The notes under the pieces are model-generated. The model was given only the letters and a program-made list of their open reading frames with translations. It did no database searches and was not told where the DNA came from. Of a DNA stretch of 64,000 bases, positions 58,881 through 64,000 are shown piece by piece. Position 1 is the first letter of the stretch; each line of letters begins with the position of its first letter. The stretch is from Halomonas sp. HL-48 (GTDB lineage Bacteria > Pseudomonadota > Gammaproteobacteria > Pseudomonadales > Halomonadaceae), in the NCBI GenBank assembly GCA_001314875.1, contig LJZS01000019.1, positions 276 through 64,275 on the forward strand. Reading direction: 5' to 3'. Made by a program: the position numbers and the translations under genes.

Positions 58881-59675
58881 TCACTCAATGCGGCGCACGT
58901 CGGTAAAACTTGGCAGCCCGCCGTCCCAGTGCATCCAGACGGCAAAGGCGCGCCCGACGATATTTTCCTCGGGCACAAACCCCCAGTAGCGGCTGTCGTT
59001 GGAATGATCGCGGTTATCACCCATGGTGAAGTAGTGGCCTTCGGGCACTTCGACTTCGCGCATCTGCGGACCCGGGTCGCGGGGGTTATTGTAAATATAG
59101 TGTTCAACGTCGCCTAACTGCTCCTCAAGCAACAGCTGCTGGGAAGCGGCCTCCTCCATCAACTCCTTGGATACCGGCTCACCGTTGATGTACAGCTGCT
59201 TGTCTTCATAGCGGATACGGTCGCCAGGCAACCCGACCACGCGCTTGATGAAGTTGACCGAGGGCTCTTCGGGGAACCGGAACACCATCACATCGCCGCG
59301 CTCGGGATCGTCCACCTCAAGAAAACGCGTATTGACGACCGGCAGACGCAGCCCATACGCGAATTTGTTGACCAGGATAAAATCACCGACCTCAAGCGTT
59401 GGACGCATCGAGCCAGAGGGGATCTGAAACGGCTCGACGACAAAGCTGCGCACCACCAGTACGACCAGCAGCACCGGGAAGAAAGAGCGCGAGTAATCAA
59501 CCGGCCACGGCTCTTTAAGGAGCTTTTCACGGGTTGCCTGATCGAGCCCTTCTTGGGTCTGGGCGTCGGCATGGGCGACCCGCTCGCGGCGCTTGGGACG
59601 TAACCAGACCACATCGAGCAAGTAGATAACGCCAGATAGCGCAACGGCAAGTACCAGCAATAATGCAAAATCCAT
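58881..59675 (-). CDS. lepB: Signal peptidase I
   Basis: IPSGSMRPTL (catalytic Ser), GDNRDHSNDSRYWGFVP. Confidence 0.9.
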   Translation of the reverse strand: MDFALLLVLAVALSGVIYLLDVVWLRPKRRERVAHADAQTQEGLDQATREKLLKEPWPVDYSRSFFPVLLVVLVVRSFVVEPFQIPSGSMRPTLEVGDFILVNKFAYGLRLPVVNTRFLEVDDPERGDVMVFRFPEEPSVNFIKRVVGLPGDRIRYEDKQLYINGEPVSKELMEEAASQQLLLEEQLGDVEHYIYNNPRDPGPQMREVEVPEGHYFTMGDNRDHSNDSRYWGFVPEENIVGRAFAVWMHWDGGLPSFTDVRRIE

Positions 59676-59690
59676 GGGTGGAGGTTTTCC

Positions 59691-61505
59691 CTAGTCGTTA
59701 ACCTTGAGTACAGCAAGGAAGGCTTCCTGGGGGATTTCCACCCGACCGACCTGCTTCATGCGTTTCTTACCGGCTTTCTGTTTCTCGAGCAGTTTTTTCT
59801 TGCGGCTGACATCACCGCCGTAACATTTCGCGGTCACGTTCTTGCGCAATGCCTTGACGGTGGAGCGCGCCACCACCTGACCGCCGATAGCCGCCTGGAT
59901 GGCCACATCAAACATCTGCCGGGGGATCAGCTCTTTCATCTTTTCCACCAGCAGTCGACCACGCGAATGAGCGTGATCGCGATGGATGATTACTGCAAGG
60001 GCATCCACCTTATCACCGTTAATCATTACGTCCAGACGAACCAGCTTGGCGGCTTCAAAGCGTTCAAAGTTGTATTCGAGCGACGCATAGCCGCGCGAGA
60101 TAGACTTCAGTCGATCGAAGAAGTCCATCACGACTTCCGACATGGGCAGCTCGTAGGTGAGCTGAATCTGGTTGCCCAGAAACTGCATGTCCAGCTGAGT
60201 GCCGCGGCGCTGCTCGCACTCGGCGATCACGTTGCCGACAAAGTCTTGGGGTACCAGGATGCTCGCCCGCACGATGGGTTCACGCATTTCCTCGACGTCG
60301 GCCATGTCGGGCAGCTTGGACGGGTTGGACACATAGATGACGTCACCATTTTTCATGGCCAACTCATAGACCACGGTCGGGGCGGTAGTCAGCAGGTCAA
60401 GATCGTACTCGCGCTCCAGACGCTCCTGGATGATCTCCATATGGAGCGTGCCCAGAAAGCCCACCCGGAAACCAAAACCCAGCGCATCCGAGTTTTCCGG
60501 CTCGTACTCGAGCGAGGCATCGTTGAGCGCCAGCTTTTCCAGGGCATCGCGAAAATCTTCGTAGTCATCGGCGCTGACCGTGAAAATGCCGGCGTACACC
60601 TGCGGTTTGACCTTCTTGAAGCCGGGCAGCCTTGGTACATCCGGGGTCTTGGTGTGGGTAATGGTATCGCCCACCGGGGCACCGTGAATGTCTTTGATAC
60701 CGGCGACGATGAAACCAACTTCGCCCGCGCGCAGGATATCCGTCTGCTTGCGCAGCGGGGTGAAAATACCCACTTCCGTGGTGTTCCAGTCCCGCCCGGT
60801 AGAGTTGATGCGAATCTTGTCGCCCTTGCGCAGAGTGCCGTCAAACAGGCGAACCAGTGAGACAACGCCAAGATAGTTATCGAACCACGAGTCGATGATC
60901 AGCGCCTGCAAGGGGGCATCGGGATCCCCTTTGGGTGGGGGAATATCACGCACCAGCCGCTCTAATAGCGCATCGATACCGATTCCGCTTTTCGCCGAGA
61001 CCTGGCAGGCATCGGTGGCATCAATGCCGATAATCTCCTCGACCTCCTGGGCCACCCGATCGGGGTCAGCCTGGGGCAAGTCGATTTTATTGAGCACCGG
61101 CAAAACTTCGAGGCCCTGCTCGACGGCGGTGTAGCAGTTGGCCACCGATTGCGCTTCAACGCCCTGGGCGGCATCAACCACCAGCAGCGCCCCTTCGCAA
61201 GCGTACAGAGAGCGAGACACTTCGTAAGAAAAATCAACGTGCCCTGGCGTATCGATGAAATTGAGCTGGTAGACCTGCCCGTCCTGCGCGGTGTAATCCA
61301 GAGTGACCGACTGGGCCTTGATCGTGATGCCACGCTCACGCTCGATGTCCATGGAATCAAGCACTTGCTCTTTCAATTCACGCTCGGTCAAGCCACCGCA
61401 GGTTTGAATCAAGCGGTCTGACAGCGTGGACTTGCCGTGATCAATGTGCGCGATAATCGAGAAATTTCTTATGTGCTTAATCTTGCTTACTTTTTCTTGG
61501 GTCAT
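59691..61505 (-). CDS. lepA: Elongation factor 4
   Basis: [25 protein letters not shown] and the LepA C-terminal domain. Confidence 0.95.
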   Translation of the reverse strand: MTQEKVSKIKHIRNFSIIAHIDHGKSTLSDRLIQTCGGLTERELKEQVLDSMDIERERGITIKAQSVTLDYTAQDGQVYQLNFIDTPGHVDFSYEVSRSLYACEGALLVVDAAQGVEAQSVANCYTAVEQGLEVLPVLNKIDLPQADPDRVAQEVEEIIGIDATDACQVSAKSGIGIDALLERLVRDIPPPKGDPDAPLQALIIDSWFDNYLGVVSLVRLFDGTLRKGDKIRINSTGRDWNTTEVGIFTPLRKQTDILRAGEVGFIVAGIKDIHGAPVGDTITHTKTPDVPRLPGFKKVKPQVYAGIFTVSADDYEDFRDALEKLALNDASLEYEPENSDALGFGFRVGFLGTLHMEIIQERLEREYDLDLLTTAPTVVYELAMKNGDVIYVSNPSKLPDMADVEEMREPIVRASILVPQDFVGNVIAECEQRRGTQLDMQFLGNQIQLTYELPMSEVVMDFFDRLKSISRGYASLEYNFERFEAAKLVRLDVMINGDKVDALAVIIHRDHAHSRGRLLVEKMKELIPRQMFDVAIQAAIGGQVVARSTVKALRKNVTAKCYGGDVSRKKKLLEKQKAGKKRMKQVGRVEIPQEAFLAVLKVND

Positions 61506-61633
61506 TGGGCGTTTTTAATCCGCTATATGTACGCAACCATGTACGGTAAAAAAATTGCCTTTGGTTACGCAGTAGAAATTTGACGCCATTGTACCGTTAC
61601 GACGGTCCCGGTGCTATGTGCAAAAAAAGCGGG

Positions 61634-61671
61634 CAAAAAAACGGCAGCCCGCCAATGGAAGCGGGCTGCCG
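61634..61671 (-). terminator. Rho-independent terminator after mucD/degP
   Basis: CGGCAGCCCGC-(8 nt)-GCGGGCTGCCG followed on the minus strand by TTTTTTT. Confidence 0.7.
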
Positions 61672-61691
61672 AGCTAGCCACCGACTAGTCG

Positions 61692-63104
61692 TTATTCAAA
61701 ACGCAACGCTACGAACAGTGAGCGGCCATCACGGTAAAGGCGCAAGGGAATCGCACGATCCGTCGGCAGGTCTTCAACTATGCTGTGCAGTTCTTCCGGC
61801 GAAGACAGACTGCGGTGATCCAGGCTGACCAGCACATCGCCAGGGCGAAGGCCCGCGCGTGCCGCGACGCTATCGGGCTCGACGTCGCGCACGACCACAC
61901 CGCCCTGCAGGTTCAGCTGCTCCTGCGTCTCGGGGTCAATTTCAGCCACAGAGGCGCCAAGCCGTACTTGGCTGTCGCTGGACGATGATGACGCGGAAGG
62001 CTGTTCTGCATTGGGCCAGCTGCCCAGCTCGACCGCTTCGCTGCGCTCTTCACCGTCACGCATCAGGCGCAGGTCCACTTCGTCGCCGGGCGCCACGCGA
62101 CCAATCAGGCGCGGCAGACTGCTGGAGCGATCAACGGTTTCGCCGTTGACTTCGAGGATCACGTCGCCGGCTTCAAGCCCGCCTTTGGCCGCCGGCCCTT
62201 CAGGGTCCAGATCCGCGATCAGCGCGCCCTGGGCATCTTCCATGCCGAAGGACTCGGCCAGATCACTGGATACCGGCTGGATCATCACGCCCAGCCAGCC
62301 CCGGTTGACGTATCCGTCTTCGCGCAGCTGGTCAGCGACATCCATGGCCACATTGATGGGAATCGAGAAGGAAACCCCCATGAAGCCGCCGCTACGCGTA
62401 AATATCTGGGAGTTGATACCAACGACTTCGCCATCCAGGTTAAACAGCGGACCACCAGAGTTACCGGGGTTGATCGCCACATCGGTCTGGATAAAGGGCA
62501 CATAGGCATCGCGGGGCAAGGTGCGATTGATGGCACTGACGATACCCGCGGTCACCGAATGGTCGAAACCGAACGGCGAACCAATCGCGGCGACCCATTC
62601 CCCGACCTGGAGGGCATCTGAATCACCCAGTGTCAGGGTGGGCAAGTCCTCGGCTTCGACTTTCAGCAGCGCCACGTCGGTTTGCGGATCGCTACCGATA
62701 AGCTCAGCGGTCAATTCACGGCGATCGTTCAAACGCACGAGGATTTCATCGGCGTCATCCACCACATGCGCATTAGTCATCACATAACCGTCTTCACTGA
62801 TGATGAAACCGGAACCCAGCGACTGACGTTGTTCAGGACGCCCCTGGCCACGAGCTGGAGGCGCGGGGAAGCTATCGCCAAAAAAGTGGCGGAATATCTC
62901 GGGGACGTCCTCACCGCCGAAGTTATCAAAGGGCGAAGCACCCCGCTGCACGGTGCGGCTGGTGGAAATGTTGACCACCCCGGGGGCAGCGTCTTCAACG
63001 AGCTCGGTGAAATCAGGTAGATTTTGCGCGTGGGCACTGTGTGCCAACGACAGCAGCAAAACGCAGCAGAACCATAACGAAGAGGGAAATATCAAGCGCT
63101 TCAT
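61692..63104 (-). CDS. DegP/DegQ/MucD-type periplasmic serine protease (2 PDZ domains)
   Basis: Signal peptide MKRLIFPSS...AHA, TNAHVV (His), and GNSGGPL (Ser). Two PDZ regions follow. Confidence 0.85.
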   Translation of the reverse strand: MKRLIFPSSLWFCCVLLLSLAHSAHAQNLPDFTELVEDAAPGVVNISTSRTVQRGASPFDNFGGEDVPEIFRHFFGDSFPAPPARGQGRPEQRQSLGSGFIISEDGYVMTNAHVVDDADEILVRLNDRRELTAELIGSDPQTDVALLKVEAEDLPTLTLGDSDALQVGEWVAAIGSPFGFDHSVTAGIVSAINRTLPRDAYVPFIQTDVAINPGNSGGPLFNLDGEVVGINSQIFTRSGGFMGVSFSIPINVAMDVADQLREDGYVNRGWLGVMIQPVSSDLAESFGMEDAQGALIADLDPEGPAAKGGLEAGDVILEVNGETVDRSSSLPRLIGRVAPGDEVDLRLMRDGEERSEAVELGSWPNAEQPSASSSSSDSQVRLGASVAEIDPETQEQLNLQGGVVVRDVEPDSVAARAGLRPGDVLVSLDHRSLSSPEELHSIVEDLPTDRAIPLRLYRDGRSLFVALRFE

Positions 63105-63165
63105 GCAAGAGCTCCTAATGAAACCACTATCAAGCCAGGTCAATGCAGCTCACCCGAGCCGCCAG

Positions 63166-63618
63166 TCAAACTGCATCGGTCAGGCGCGGTCGGAAGTTCT
63201 CCGCACGCTGACCTAAGGCATATTTAAGGCCCATCATGCCACTAATCAAGACGCCGAAAAAAAGACTCGGTGCCAGCCACGCGGCCGCTGACAGGCTTCC
63301 AATGGCGGACATTGCAAGCGCCAGGAGTAACGGCAAGCCATAGACCATCCACGTCAGCTGTGTCACGGAGGCCCTGGGCATTACCAACGTTACCTCGCTA
63401 TGCATCGCGGGCATGCTGCCATCTTCACGGCTGGACGGTACATCCACCGCCAACTGCCACGCAGAGCGGCGTGCGAGCAGGCCTGCGCCACAGCCCTGGC
63501 CCTTCGCGCATTGCGCGCACCCGGGCGAGGCCGCCACTTCGACGACGACACCGTGTGGGTGATAACCCACCACCTTCGCCCGACGCTCAATCACCCTTTC
63601 ATCCGTCCCCTGGAACAC
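63166..63618 (-). CDS. rseC: RseC/MucC family protein
   Basis: The N-terminal CAQCAKGQGCG motif followed by two TM helices is typical of the RseC family. Confidence 0.7.
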   Translation of the reverse strand: MFQGTDERVIERRAKVVGYHPHGVVVEVAASPGCAQCAKGQGCGAGLLARRSAWQLAVDVPSSREDGSMPAMHSEVTLVMPRASVTQLTWMVYGLPLLLALAMSAIGSLSAAAWLAPSLFFGVLISGMMGLKYALGQRAENFRPRLTDAV

Positions 63619-63685
63619 CGAATTCGTCTCCTTACCAAGGGTTAGTCACGTTGCCAGTCACGCTCAATCCCACTTATGCCCTGAC

Positions 63686-63733
63686 AAAAAAAATGGACGT
63701 TGAAACAGAGAACAACTCTTTTCAACATCCATT
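63686..63733 (-). terminator. Rho-independent terminator of the partial upstream gene
   Basis: AATGGATGTTGAAA-(14 nt)-TTTCAACGTCCATT on the minus strand, followed by TTTTTTTT. Confidence 0.65.
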
Positions 63734-63766
63734 TGAATTTTATCCTGCGCAAGTTGTTCAGTCGGT

Positions 63767-64000
63767 TCAGCGCTGGCCCAAGGGTTCCGTCACGCCAGAG
63801 GAGCGCATCAGAGGCATCCACTGGTCACTTTGGCTTCCTGCTCCGCCCTGCGTCTGCTGCTCAAGGTAGGACTGCAGCAACCGAAGCTGCTCGACGTCAA
63901 TATTCATGCCCTGTTTCGCCGAGACGCTCTGCTGACTGGAGGAACCCCCTTCGCTGACGTTCATCAAACCGCTGCCCGATGATTGCCCACTGACACGGAA
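63767..64000 (-). CDS. 3' end of an unidentified gene (Gln/Ser/Gly-rich C-terminus); runs off the right edge
   Basis: The frame is open to the window edge and the codons are GC3-rich like the host genes. I recognise no family. Confidence 0.4.
   Translation of the reverse strand, partial: FRVSGQSSGSGLMNVSEGGSSSQQSVSAKQGMNIDVEQLRLLQSYLEQQTQGGAGSQSDQWMPLMRSSGVTEPLGQR

Overview
High-GC gammaproteobacterial chromosome; the gene content and order look Halomonadaceae-like, but that is an inference. Most of the window is core metabolism and housekeeping.

Core genes:
- A Mo/W cluster with a tandem-TOBE Mop protein, a MOT1-type transporter and a TupA-like binding protein.
- A valine-catabolism block (acyl-CoA dehydrogenase, 3-hydroxyisobutyryl-CoA hydrolase, mmsB), divergent from a complete leucine-catabolism operon: liuR-liuABCDE plus an acyl-CoA synthetase.
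- A trpR-trpE-trpG module preceded by an E. coli-like Trp operator.
- rluF, ppc and the mazG-relA-rlmD-cysM / barA neighbourhood.
- The acpS-pdxJ-recO-era-rnc-lepB-lepA string, followed by mucD/degP and rseC.

Accessory DNA lies at about 7.15-15.5 kb:
- An AT-rich stretch of about 650 bp with no convincing gene.
- A 2OG-Fe dioxygenase gene, divergent from a PAS/degenerate-GGDEF/EAL phosphodiesterase gene.
- A strikingly AT-rich block (10.9-14.3 kb) with three co-oriented minus-strand genes: an HNH nuclease with an unknown N-terminal domain, a 2-TM protein, and a P-loop NTPase.
- A PAS-GGDEF cyclase gene.

In the AT-rich block each ORF is followed by a short GC-rich element. Two of these elements show the R''-L''...L'-R' layout of integron attC sites. 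The block therefore looks like an integrase-less cassette array (CALIN) carrying a candidate, unclassified nuclease/NTPase defence module. This is the most interesting region in the window.

Other notable signals:
- Five exactly 23-bp-phased direct repeats upstream of a DUF4143 AAA ATPase gene.
- An (AGGCA)15 microsatellite.
- A 190-bp frameshifted duplicate of part of mscS, which together with the intact copy brackets a phasin/PHB-depolymerase segment.
- A ParD-like antitoxin gene abutting a methionine aminopeptidase gene.
- A SixA-CHAD fusion gene.

All calls come from reading the sequence and the ORF translations by eye. No database searches were run.
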